Source: Spirochaetota bacterium (GTDB lineage Bacteria > Spirochaetota > UBA4802 > JAFGDQ01). From it: a stretch of DNA of 64,000 nt. Within the stretch, counting starts at the first letter, position 1. Each line of letters begins with the position of its first letter. The stretch spans positions 1 through 64,000 of the forward strand of contig JAZDKB010000043.1 of assembly GCA_043803405.1 (NCBI GenBank), given 5' to 3'. Below are positions 9,695 to 19,696 of the stretch, piece by piece. Position numbers and translations under genes: made by a program. The notes below the pieces were generated by a model, which did not search any database, was not told the DNA's origin, and was given only the letters and a program-made list of their open reading frames with translations.

Positions 9695-12322
9695 ATGATG
9701 TTAACAGTAAAAGATATCAGAAAATCATTTTTAGATTATTTTAAGGATAAAGGCCACAGGATTGTGCAGTCCAGCCCGCTTGTGCCCAAAGACGACCCGA
9801 CTCTGCTTTTTACAAATGCAGGCATGGTGCAGTTCAAGAATGTTTTTCTTGGGCAGGAGAAACGCGATTATGTGCGCGCTGCTACTGTGCAGCGCTGCGT
9901 CCGTGCCGGAGGCAAGCATAATGACCTTGAAAAAGTTGGCTATACTTCGCGTCATCATACATTTTTTGAAATGCTTGGGAATTTCAGCTTCGGCGATTAC
10001 TTTAAACGCGATGCGATCAGATTCGCCTGGGAATACTTAAACGGGGTATTAAAGATACCTGCTGAAAGAATGTGGGTCACGGTTTTTGAAAACGACGACG
10101 AAGCTGCGGATATATGGCTTAAAGAGATCGGCGTGGATCCTAAGCGTTTTTCGCGCATGGGCGAAAAGGATAACTTCTGGGCGATGGGCGACACAGGCCC
10201 GTGCGGCCCATGTTCCGAGATTTTTTATGATCATGGCGCGGACATTCCCGGAGGCCCTCCCGGCAGCCCGGACGCGGACCTCGACCGTTTTGTTGAAATA
10301 TGGAATCTTGTGTTTATGCAGTTCAACCGCTCGCAGGACGGCACTCTCACTCCGCTACCGAAGCCGTCTGTTGATACAGGCATGGGGCTTGAGCGCGTTG
10401 CAGCTGTAATGCAGGGCGTTCACAGCAATTATGACATTGATCTGTTCCGCAATCTCCTGAAAGCTGCGTCGGATATTACCGGTGAAAAGAATATTGAAAA
10501 TAAATCTTTGCGTGTTATAGCAGATCATATACGGTCTTCATGTTTTTTAATTGCTGACGGCGTGCAGCCTTCAAACGAAGGCCGCGGGTATGTTCTGCGC
10601 CGCATAATTCGCAGGGCGCTGAGGCACGGCCGCAAGCTTGGAGCACAGGAGATATTCTTCCACAGGCTTGTTGATGCGCTTGTAAAAGAGATGGGCGAAG
10701 CTTACCCGGAACTTGCAAAAGCGAAAACCCAGGTTCAAGATGCGCTGCTTCGTGAGGAAGAGCAGTTCGCGCGTACGCTTGATAACGGCCTACGTATTCT
10801 TGAAAAAGCGGTTGAGGATGCGAAAAACAAAGTAATTCCGGGCGATGTTGCCTTTAAGCTTTACGACACTTACGGATTCCCCCTTGATCTTACAGAGGAC
10901 ATTGTGCGCGAACATAACATGACAGTAGACGAAGCAGGTTTTGAAGAAGAAATGCAGAAACAGCGGGAGCGCGGCAAGCTCAGCTGGAAAGGCGGCGATC
11001 CTACATTTGATAAAATGATAGATGATATTGTAAAAAAAGCAGGCGATACAAAATTTTCAGGATATGAATTCGAGACTGCTGATACAGAAATAGCTGTATT
11101 GGGGAAAGATAACGGAATTGTTTCAAAGCTTACGAAGAATGATAAAGGAGCTTTCATTGCAAAAGCCACATCCTTTTACGGTGAGACAGGCGGCCAGGTC
11201 GGGGACATTGGCCGCATTGTTTCCAGCAAGGGTGTATTCAGGGTTGACGACACAAAAAGATTCGGTAAAACTATCGTGCATTTCGGAGAAGTAATCGAGG
11301 GCGAGTTTTCCGAAGGTGATAAAGTAAAGACAGAGATTGACGCAACGCGGAGAAATCTTATAAGGGCGAATCATACTGCAACGCATTTGCTTCAGGCAGC
11401 CTTGAAAAAGACGCTCGGGCAGCACGTGGAGCAGGCCGGTTCGCTTGTTGAGCCTGAGAGATTCAGATTCGATTTCTCGCATTTTAATCCGCTCTCGGAT
11501 GCTGAGATCTCCGAAGTGGAGAAGATCGTGAATGAAAAAATATGGGAAGCGCACGCTGTTACTACTGAGGTAATGCCTATAGATAAGGCAACGGCCAGGG
11601 GCGCGCTTGCTGTTTTCGACGAAAAGTACGAGGATATGGTGAGAGTAGTGAGCGTTCCCGGCTTCAGCATGGAGCTTTGCGGAGGCACTCATGTCGACAA
11701 TACAGGCAAGATCGGCGTATTTAAAATTCTGAAAGAAGGATCGCCCGGAGCTGGTGTGCGCAGGATAGAGGCTATTACTCTTAAGGGTGTTTTTGAAAAA
11801 TTCACCAGACAAACGGAAATTATTTCAAACATTATAAAAGATATGAATATTACGGTTGAGGATTTGCCTAAAAGATTCGCAGACCTTGTGGACCGCAACA
11901 ATAAGCTTGAGAAAGAAATAAAAAAGATGAAATCCGCGAATCTTGCTTCGAATGTCGATTCGCTGATGGCGGATGCACCGGTTGTTAACGGCATCAGCAT
12001 AGTCGCGCGTGTGTTCGAAGGATTAAACAACGATGATCTTAAGAATCTTTCGGACATTGTGCGCGGTAAAGAACCGCTATCTGTGACAGTCTTCGGCTCA
12101 AAGACCGACGGTAAAGCATTGCTTCTGTTTGCTGCAACAAAGCCGGCTGTGGACAAAGGCATTGACTGCGGAGCTATGATAAAAGCCGTGTCGAAGCTTG
12201 TAGGTGGCGGAGGAGGCGGGAAAAAGGATATGGCACAGGCAGGCGGCAAGTCTCCGGACGGCATTTTCAAAGCTCTGGAAGAAGCAGTGAACATTGCAAA
12301 AAAAGCGGCCGCAGGGAATTAA
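9695..12322 (+). CDS. alaS: Alanine--tRNA ligase
   Basis: LLFTNAGMVQFK, HHTFFEMLGNFSFGDYFK, HTATH and CGGTH editing motifs, GGGGK-AQAGG C-terminus. Confidence 0.99.
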   Translation: MMLTVKDIRKSFLDYFKDKGHRIVQSSPLVPKDDPTLLFTNAGMVQFKNVFLGQEKRDYVRAATVQRCVRAGGKHNDLEKVGYTSRHHTFFEMLGNFSFGDYFKRDAIRFAWEYLNGVLKIPAERMWVTVFENDDEAADIWLKEIGVDPKRFSRMGEKDNFWAMGDTGPCGPCSEIFYDHGADIPGGPPGSPDADLDRFVEIWNLVFMQFNRSQDGTLTPLPKPSVDTGMGLERVAAVMQGVHSNYDIDLFRNLLKAASDITGEKNIENKSLRVIADHIRSSCFLIADGVQPSNEGRGYVLRRIIRRALRHGRKLGAQEIFFHRLVDALVKEMGEAYPELAKAKTQVQDALLREEEQFARTLDNGLRILEKAVEDAKNKVIPGDVAFKLYDTYGFPLDLTEDIVREHNMTVDEAGFEEEMQKQRERGKLSWKGGDPTFDKMIDDIVKKAGDTKFSGYEFETADTEIAVLGKDNGIVSKLTKNDKGAFIAKATSFYGETGGQVGDIGRIVSSKGVFRVDDTKRFGKTIVHFGEVIEGEFSEGDKVKTEIDATRRNLIRANHTATHLLQAALKKTLGQHVEQAGSLVEPERFRFDFSHFNPLSDAEISEVEKIVNEKIWEAHAVTTEVMPIDKATARGALAVFDEKYEDMVRVVSVPGFSMELCGGTHVDNTGKIGVFKILKEGSPGAGVRRIEAITLKGVFEKFTRQTEIISNIIKDMNITVEDLPKRFADLVDRNNKLEKEIKKMKSANLASNVDSLMADAPVVNGISIVARVFEGLNNDDLKNLSDIVRGKEPLSVTVFGSKTDGKALLLFAATKPAVDKGIDCGAMIKAVSKLVGGGGGGKKDMAQAGGKSPDGIFKALEEAVNIAKKAAAGN

Positions 12323-13260
12323 GTTTTCTGCATCAAATTTAAAAGCAATCCGCAGAAGTTATCAAGCCCGGAAATAATTTTTTTGTAAACGTCTCCTGCA
12401 TTGATCTCCGTACATAAAGGCTTACTTATGTTTTCCTTAATAAGCAGACGCGCTTTTTCAATATCAAGGCTGTTGTATTCACCCAAGTTAACAAGACGAA
12501 GATGCTCCTTTGCCATGTCGGCAAGATGCGAATGATATTTGCCCGGATTCACGGTAAATATCCTGCAGCCAGAAGCAAAACCCTCGTACAGTGTAATACC
12601 AAAATGAGAAATCAGGGATTTTGATGAAAGTATGATATTCGCGTAGGCCTCAGGTGAATCATTAATTGCTGTTTTTTTGTTTTTATTAGTAATGAAAGAA
12701 TTCCTCCCGTTCAGAACAGCGAAGGCTGAATCTTCGGGAAGCAATGAAATTAAAAAATTAATATATTCAGTATCTGCGGAATTGCCGGGATAAACAGAAA
12801 AGTCGGTTTCTTTTTTTATAAGTTTATTGTTTAAGCTGTTTACAGCCTTAAGAAAATTGTAACCATAGATGAAAATACCTGCATTAAAATTTTTTCCGGC
12901 AGTATCCGGATTTGGGAGAATGTCTATAGCTATATCTGCGTTCTTTCTTCCCGGGCCGTTATCGTCAATAACAAGAACTTTGCTTATTTTTTTAAGCCGC
13001 GTTATTTCTTCTGCGTAGGAGTCACGCATATCGCGTATAATTAATTCCGGTATAAAATCGAAATCCGGTTTTATATATCTTTTAAGTTCAGCAGGAAAAT
13101 GCTCCGGTATACTGTCAGCAATAAGAGCAGTTTTAATTTTTTTTTGTTCGTTAAGAAACCAGAGAAGCGAGGACATGCGCTGGATATGACCCATGCCCAG
13201 CGATTTTCCGCATGAAGTTTTTATTGCTATAGAATAATTATTATGACACGCAGGTTGCAA
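12319..13260 (-). CDS. SpsG/PseG-like GT-B fold protein
   Basis: GMGHIQR, VLVIDD, SHFGITLYE; follows the SpsF-like gene. Confidence 0.65.
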   Translation of the reverse strand: MQPACHNNYSIAIKTSCGKSLGMGHIQRMSSLLWFLNEQKKIKTALIADSIPEHFPAELKRYIKPDFDFIPELIIRDMRDSYAEEITRLKKISKVLVIDDNGPGRKNADIAIDILPNPDTAGKNFNAGIFIYGYNFLKAVNSLNNKLIKKETDFSVYPGNSADTEYINFLISLLPEDSAFAVLNGRNSFITNKNKKTAINDSPEAYANIILSSKSLISHFGITLYEGFASGCRIFTVNPGKYHSHLADMAKEHLRLVNLGEYNSLDIEKARLLIKENISKPLCTEINAGDVYKKIISGLDNFCGLLLNLMQKT

Positions 13261-14011
13261 GTTTTTGTTTTATCCGACTGTTTATTTTAGTGATTTCCGG
13301 ATGTTCCCTGATAAAATCCAGCACATCGGAAAGCGGAAATAGAGCATCTTTATAAAGATTGTCGTATAAAATTTCCGCAAGGTCAAAATCTTCCTTTGTA
13401 TCCACAGTCAATCTTATTTTCGCGGCCTTTTTTGCCAGTTTTACCGGAGGATGCTCAATTGAAAATAATTCGGGATGTTCTTTTATGAAAGGGGTCACGT
13501 GTTCAAAATGATAAGGTTCGCTGCTCATTTTATAAGCCTGATCAAGAGCTTCTTTTTTTATTACTTCAACCGCAGCTCCAAGAGGCAGGTTAGTAAGCGA
13601 GCAAAGATCCGATTTTGATTCAAGCGCAAAATCGACTATCATTGAAGCATATTCAGCATCGGTAAACGGATTGTCCGCTGTTACGCGGACAATAAATTCG
13701 CCGCCGTATTTTTCAGAGGCCATGTAATATCTTTCAAGGACATTATCGAGCGAGCCTGCATAAACATCAATCCCCATTGACAAAGCAAGGTTAATCAGCG
13801 GCTCGTTTTCAATGCCCTCGCCTGTTGCAAGAACTACTTTATCTACATGTTCAATAGCTTTTGTGCGCTCAATCACATGATAAAGAAGCGGCTTCCCTCC
13901 AAGCGTATACATGGCTTTCCCAGGCAGTCTCTTTGACTGCATTCTGGCCTGGATTATAGCTGTTACAACCGGTTTTATTTTGTGACCGTTGACTTTACCG
14001 TTAACCGTCAT
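13241..14011 (-). CDS. SpsF-family cytidylyltransferase
   Basis: IQARMQSKRLPGKA, VRVTADNP, EHVTPFI, RLTVDTKED. Confidence 0.85.
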   Translation of the reverse strand: MTVNGKVNGHKIKPVVTAIIQARMQSKRLPGKAMYTLGGKPLLYHVIERTKAIEHVDKVVLATGEGIENEPLINLALSMGIDVYAGSLDNVLERYYMASEKYGGEFIVRVTADNPFTDAEYASMIVDFALESKSDLCSLTNLPLGAAVEVIKKEALDQAYKMSSEPYHFEHVTPFIKEHPELFSIEHPPVKLAKKAAKIRLTVDTKEDFDLAEILYDNLYKDALFPLSDVLDFIREHPEITKINSRIKQKLATCVS

Positions 14012-14053
14012 TTCTGCCTCTTGTAAAATAATTCCGGATTTTTCCGGAAGTAT

Positions 14054-15535
14054 TTATAAATTAAATGTATACCATTCTCCGCATGAAGCGCAGTCCGGAC
14101 TGGCCGCGTAGTTTTTCCTGTAGTCGTTTAAAAAGGAGTTCTTCGATTTCATAAATAGCTCAGAAATCGATTCATTGTTGAGGTTCCCGCGGGCAAATTG
14201 CCCATCAACATCCTGTTTGCAAAACATAGCGGTTCCGTCCGATAAAACATTAAAATCTCTCTGCAAATGCCAGCATGGAGTTCGCTCCAGCGGAGAAAGA
14301 TCCGAATAACTTCTGTCTTCAATCTTTCCAAGAAAAGTATTTTGTTTCTGTAAAATAATAGGGATTTTGTACTTTTCCCAGAAATCGTAGAATTTATCAA
14401 GAAACGCTTCGGTTTCATTGATTTTCATTATCTGAATATATAAACTGTCATCGCCCGATATTGCTTCTTTCAGCGATGTTATATTCTGAAATACTGTATT
14501 GAAAAAATTGCCTTTATGAATAGTTTTATAAGATTCAGCGTCCATACCGTTAATATTGAATATTGTTTTAATACGCCTGTCTTTAACAGTAATAAGATAG
14601 TTCCTGTAATTGGCACCGGCAAGTATTCCATTGGTTTCTATGATAATATTTTCAATAAAACGCTCATTTCTGGACAAATCCAGAATTTCGTAAAAGTTTT
14701 TATGCATCAAAGGCTCACCCGAACCGCCGAAACACACTGAATACGGAAGCCCTGCTGAACTCAAATCAGATAAAATCTTTTTGAAAAGACCGGTGTCCAT
14801 ATCACCGTGTTCGGTTTTTAAAGCCTTTCTATAGCAGAATATACAATCAAGGTCGCATCTGCCTGTAAGTTCAATTTCCGCATAGGATGGCCACAAGTAA
14901 AGAATATCCGGGTTTCCGTCAATAATATTTTTTACTTCTGAATACCTGGGAATTTTTGCAGCTTTGACGTAAATATTCTCAAGAATACGTTTTTCCCTCG
15001 GATTGCCGCATCTGAACAGGATGCGTTTATCCCTTATATCCGGTTCCCTGTAGTATAATTCCACGTCGAATTTGTTTATGTTTGACCTGATAACCTGGCC
15101 TAGCGGGAGGGTTTTCTCTTCAGTATCGGGCAGCGCGTTTATTAATTCTTTTGATATTATTTCGCAGGCGTAGCCGGCAGGAAGATTTTCGGAATATGTA
15201 AATTCAGCAAGATATTTCGTATGGACATTCAGCATATCGGCAATGATATCCATGTCGGCAAACGGCGAATCGCAGAAAATTTTTACAATGTGGTCTGCTT
15301 GGGTTTCGGAAAAAAACCTTTTCCAGAATGCTACATCGTCATTATCTTCCCTTAAATAAACATCGTTTCCTTTAAGTTTCCCCGAATACGAATTGTGCGC
15401 AGAATATTTTACTTCCGCGCACAGGCCGGCGGAGAGCACTCTGCTTTTCAGCTCTTCCGGAAGGTAAAATGATTTAAATGTGAGATCGGCGTCCGTTAAA
15501 TTAATATCGATATATAAAAGCGCGATTATTTTCAA
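14054..15535 (-). CDS. Spiro-SPASM protein (cytidylyltransferase-like N-terminus + radical SAM + SPASM/twitch)
   Basis: CDLDCIFC radical SAM motif, GGSGEPLMH, C-terminal CWHLQRD...C...CASC; TTG start with AGGAGG RBS. Confidence 0.85.
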   Translation of the reverse strand: MKIIALLYIDINLTDADLTFKSFYLPEELKSRVLSAGLCAEVKYSAHNSYSGKLKGNDVYLREDNDDVAFWKRFFSETQADHIVKIFCDSPFADMDIIADMLNVHTKYLAEFTYSENLPAGYACEIISKELINALPDTEEKTLPLGQVIRSNINKFDVELYYREPDIRDKRILFRCGNPREKRILENIYVKAAKIPRYSEVKNIIDGNPDILYLWPSYAEIELTGRCDLDCIFCYRKALKTEHGDMDTGLFKKILSDLSSAGLPYSVCFGGSGEPLMHKNFYEILDLSRNERFIENIIIETNGILAGANYRNYLITVKDRRIKTIFNINGMDAESYKTIHKGNFFNTVFQNITSLKEAISGDDSLYIQIMKINETEAFLDKFYDFWEKYKIPIILQKQNTFLGKIEDRSYSDLSPLERTPCWHLQRDFNVLSDGTAMFCKQDVDGQFARGNLNNESISELFMKSKNSFLNDYRKNYAASPDCASCGEWYTFNL

Positions 15536-15550
15536 GAACGCCTCCTTTTA

Positions 15551-16522
15551 TTATCCGTTAGCTTTTTCCTTAATGTACTCAGACATATATATTTTTATAT
15601 CGGATTCTGTCTTTTTCTGCACTATCCACTTTTTAAACTGTTCTACCATTTTCTTCTGGTAAAGGATATTGAAAATTTCATCTTTTACGGCTTCAAAAGT
15701 GCTAGGTCGGCTGCCGTTAAATTTAACAATATGGTAGCCAATGCTTGATTTTACAACAGCGTACTTCCTCTGGTTTACGATGAATTCTTTATAGATATTA
15801 TCTGCAAATATCATATCATTCTTTGCAAGATTTGATAAGGCTACCCAGCCCATGTTCCCTGCGTTATTTTTTGTACCGGCGTCTTCAGAATAGTCTCTTG
15901 CAGCATTCTCAAACGACATATCCCTTATTTTGCTGTTTAGATCAACAGCGAGTTTGTTTACTCTTTTGTTTTCGGCATATGATTCGTTTTGCAGTTTAAA
16001 CAATATATGTTGAATATTGACTTCGTAGCCCATCTTATCTCTGTTTTTTCTGTACCAGTCTTCAGCTTCTTTAACCGACGGTGGCGACATTCCTATTGCT
16101 ATTGACATTATCTGCTCGGTAATAAGCGATTTCCTGAGTTCTTCCTTGTATTCTTCAAAAGAAATGTTTTCCGATTTTTCTATTTCCTTTTTAAAAGCTT
16201 CAATAGATCTGAAATTCATTCTATTCATTATTTTTTTAATGTGATTGTCGACTTTTTCCGGGCTTACAATTATAGATTCTTTTTTTGCAGTCTGCTCAAC
16301 AATTGCCTCTTCAATGAATTTATCGAGCAGCCGGCTTTTTTCGCCCCACTGCTTTGCTTTTTTAAGGCCGTATAAGCGGTCGAATTTACTGGTTACTTCG
16401 CTCTCGACTATCGGCGTTTCATTAACAGTAGCTATTACTTTATCGTAAACCTCCCACGAATATCCGTTGTTATAATTTAAAAATAAAGTTATTGTAAATA
16501 TTATTCTATAAATGTGTTTCAT
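15551..16522 (-). CDS. SurA-like peptidyl-prolyl isomerase / periplasmic chaperone
   Basis: Signal peptide; DKVIATVNETPI, parvulin FENAARDYSED...AGNMGW...GYHIVK. Confidence 0.85.
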   Translation of the reverse strand: MKHIYRIIFTITLFLNYNNGYSWEVYDKVIATVNETPIVESEVTSKFDRLYGLKKAKQWGEKSRLLDKFIEEAIVEQTAKKESIIVSPEKVDNHIKKIMNRMNFRSIEAFKKEIEKSENISFEEYKEELRKSLITEQIMSIAIGMSPPSVKEAEDWYRKNRDKMGYEVNIQHILFKLQNESYAENKRVNKLAVDLNSKIRDMSFENAARDYSEDAGTKNNAGNMGWVALSNLAKNDMIFADNIYKEFIVNQRKYAVVKSSIGYHIVKFNGSRPSTFEAVKDEIFNILYQKKMVEQFKKWIVQKKTESDIKIYMSEYIKEKANG

Positions 16523-16665
16523 TTCCTGAATCCTTTAAGTGAAAATAATTCGTGAATAAGTTTAGTCCGCTGACACTGCTGCTTGATCAAAGAGAAAATT
16601 AATTCGGCGGTTTGCCTCTCTTGTCACATTTGCAGAGCATAAATGATTAAAATAAGTATTTAACA

Positions 16666-17490
16666 TCATTTTTCTTCATCAATAACGAGTCTTGTAATTT
16701 TGCTTGAGTCTCCGCCGAAAAACATATCTTTTAAACGTTCTATAGTATCTGTTATATCCGATGCGTATAGAGTAATCTGTCCTTTAACCGCATTATTTTC
16801 AATGTTTTTTTCTTTTAATATTCTTTTCACTTCAAGCGCTATTTCTTCGCTTGTATCTATCAGATCAAGATCAGGGTAAATATCGTTAATCGCTTTTTTT
16901 AATAAAGGAAAATGAGTGCATCCAAGTATAAGAGTCCTTACCCCGCTATTATACATATTCTGAATGTATTTTCTTCCTGCTGCTCTCGTTATATCTTCGT
17001 CGATCCATCCTTCTTCAACTAGTGATACAAAAACGCTGGCATGCTGCTGAATTATATCCATGTCTGGATTAATTGCTTTTATTGCTTTAATGTAAGATCC
17101 GCTTTGCACCGTAGCCCTGGTTGCGATTACGCCGATTTTTTTTCCTTCGGATCTTTTACAGGCAGCTCTTGCACCTGCTTCAATAACCCCGATGATCGGT
17201 ATGTGATTGTCTTTTTTTAATGTTTCGAGAGCTGCCGCAGACGCAGTATTGCAGGCAACAACGATCATTTTAACGTCTTTTGATTTTAAATAGGCGGTTA
17301 TCTCTTTTGAGTACCTGATAACTGTTTCAATAGCCTTTGTGCCGTACGGAAAACGGTTGGTGTCGCCGAAGTAAATAATATTTTCCGACGGCAGCAATGC
17401 CTTTACGGCTTTACAAACGCTCAGGCCGCCTACTCCTGAATCAAAAATGCCTATCGGCCTGTCATCCATTATTTTATTTTTTCTCTCCAA
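16666..17490 (-). CDS. murI: Glutamate racemase (start may be ATG at 17469)
   Basis: FDSGVGGLSV, ACNTAS, LGCTHFP. Confidence 0.97.
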   Translation of the reverse strand: MERKNKIMDDRPIGIFDSGVGGLSVCKAVKALLPSENIIYFGDTNRFPYGTKAIETVIRYSKEITAYLKSKDVKMIVVACNTASAAALETLKKDNHIPIIGVIEAGARAACKRSEGKKIGVIATRATVQSGSYIKAIKAINPDMDIIQQHASVFVSLVEEGWIDEDITRAAGRKYIQNMYNSGVRTLILGCTHFPLLKKAINDIYPDLDLIDTSEEIALEVKRILKEKNIENNAVKGQITLYASDITDTIERLKDMFFGGDSSKITRLVIDEEK

Positions 17491-19057
17491 GCTTGTTTTT
17501 AAAAAGCATATACTCTACTCCGTCAACAAGCGCCTGCCATGATGCTTCTATAATATTTTTGGAAACACCGACTGTTCCCCACTGAGTATGATCGTTTTTC
17601 TGTTCAATTAAAACACGCACAGGAGCTCCGGTGCCAGCTTTCTCGTCAAGAACCCTGACCTTGTAGTCTGTGAGTTTCAGTTTATTGATTTCAGGATAAA
17701 ATTTTTCAAGCGCTTTTCTTAAAGCATTATCGAGTGCTTCAATAGGGCCGTTCCCGTTCGACGCCGTATGCTCTTCTATGCCGTTTACTTCAACTTTGAT
17801 GGTAGCCTCGCAGACTATATCGTTGCTTTCTTTTTTTTCCGTAATTACCCTGAAACCCTTTAGGTTAAAGAACGGTATATATTCTCCGGTTGAGCTTCTT
17901 ATTAAAAGTTCGAAAGAACCCTCTGCAGATTCAAACTGGAATCCCTGGTCTTCGAGCCTTTTAACTTTATTTAAGAGTTCCTGGCTAATATTTATATCAT
18001 CCTTCAGATCTATGCCAAGCTCATTTGCTTTAAATACAATATTGCTTTTGCCGCCAAGTTCCGAGATGAGTATCATTCTTTTATTACCGACTATTTCGGG
18101 TTCAATATGTTCATAGGTGCGGGTATCCTTGGCAATGGCTGAAACATGGATGCCTGCCTTTGTTGAGAATGAGTGGCTGCCTACATAAGGCGCTTTTTCG
18201 TTATGGGACAGATTTGCGGTTTCGCTAACGAATCTGCTTACCTCGGTCAGGTGCATAAGCGCGTCACCCGCATTGCACGCATAATTCATTTTTAAAACGA
18301 TATTTGGTATAAATGTTGTCAGGTCTGCATTCCCGCATCTTTCACCGTAACCGTTTATTGTTCCCTGAACAGATACAGCGCCGGCTTCTATGGCAGCGAT
18401 TGAGTTTGCAACTGCAACGCCTGAATCATTGTGAAAATGAACGCCAAACGGCATATTTATTTCTTTGTTTACCTGCTCTGTAATTTGCCGGATCTCGTGA
18501 GGAAGTGTGCCTCCGTTTGTGTCGCATAGAAAAAGCATATCTGCACCTGCTTCCTTTGCTTTTAAAAGCGTGCTAAGTGAGTAGCCTGGATTTGCTTTAT
18601 ACCCGTCGAAGAAATGTTCCGCGTCCAGAAAAACCGTTAATCCCTTGTCTTTTAAATACGCGACCGTTCCGAAAATATTATTTAAATTTTCTTCAAGTGA
18701 TATGTTTAAAGCTCGTGTTACCTGGAATTCAGATGTCTTTGCGACAATTGTATATACATCAGCCTGTGAATTAATCAATGCCTGTAAAAGAACATCTTTT
18801 TGATATGATGAATCTCCAAGTTTGGTTGATCCGAATGCTGCTGTTCTGGAATGTTTAAGATTTAATTTTTTTGCTTCCCTGAAGAAAAGATCGTCCTTTG
18901 GATTTGAACCGGGCCATCCTCCTTCAATGAAATCAATTTTTAGCCTGTCCAGAGCCTCGGATATCCGTATTTTATCGTGCAGTGAAAATGAGATGCCGAC
19001 AGTCTGCGCGCCGTCTCTTAAAGTTGTGTCATATATTGAAATATGTTTTTTATTCAA
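17474..19057 (-). CDS. cimA: Citramalate synthase
   Basis: DTTLRDGAQ, GGWPGSNPKD, DAEHFFDGY, HFHND, GERCGNA, LeuA-type regulatory domain. Confidence 0.92.
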   Translation of the reverse strand: MNKKHISIYDTTLRDGAQTVGISFSLHDKIRISEALDRLKIDFIEGGWPGSNPKDDLFFREAKKLNLKHSRTAAFGSTKLGDSSYQKDVLLQALINSQADVYTIVAKTSEFQVTRALNISLEENLNNIFGTVAYLKDKGLTVFLDAEHFFDGYKANPGYSLSTLLKAKEAGADMLFLCDTNGGTLPHEIRQITEQVNKEINMPFGVHFHNDSGVAVANSIAAIEAGAVSVQGTINGYGERCGNADLTTFIPNIVLKMNYACNAGDALMHLTEVSRFVSETANLSHNEKAPYVGSHSFSTKAGIHVSAIAKDTRTYEHIEPEIVGNKRMILISELGGKSNIVFKANELGIDLKDDINISQELLNKVKRLEDQGFQFESAEGSFELLIRSSTGEYIPFFNLKGFRVITEKKESNDIVCEATIKVEVNGIEEHTASNGNGPIEALDNALRKALEKFYPEINKLKLTDYKVRVLDEKAGTGAPVRVLIEQKNDHTQWGTVGVSKNIIEASWQALVDGVEYMLFKNKLGEKK

Positions 19058-19696
19058 TTAGTTTCCTGCTTGGTTTAAATGTATTAAATAAGACAATATA
19101 TAAAGCTTATTTTGAAAATCCATAATATGTATATTTATGAGTAATTACTCAATAAAATACAAAGAATAATACCAGTAAACAAATTTTTAATAAAATTTAG
19201 TATTTATTTAATGATACTGGTAAACTGAATTATTGAGTTTGAACAAGGCATTAATGCGGATGATAGGTCAGAAAAAAGCTTCATTTAGGCAGTTATCGGT
19301 AAAAGAAAGCCTGGAAATGTTCTGCCGGTTTTTTTGCTTGACACAAAATTGGCCTCATAAATAGTATCCTAAACAGGTATTAACGTTGTTGTTTTTATTA
19401 TACTTTATTTAAAATATATTATTGAATAAAATTCAACCTGCAGATAAATCATACTTTTAAGTTTTTATCAGGCTGCGTCTGCTGATAAAAATAGTTATTG
19501 AATCGAAAATACGTGTAGAATATATTTTACAAACAGAATATTATTAAATTATTTTTTAATTATTCGGATCAGAATAATGAGAAAACAGGCGGCCGGCAAA
19601 TCTTGAACCTGAAAAATAAATTTAACGGAATTCATAAAGAACTTTCTTGGAAGTTTCTTAAAAAATTACAGAATAATTAATGTAAAGAGGTAATAC

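Noticed and set aside
11123..12294. Long antisense ORFs (229 and 201 aa) within alaS
   Set aside because: Shadow frames of a conserved gene; no recognisable motifs
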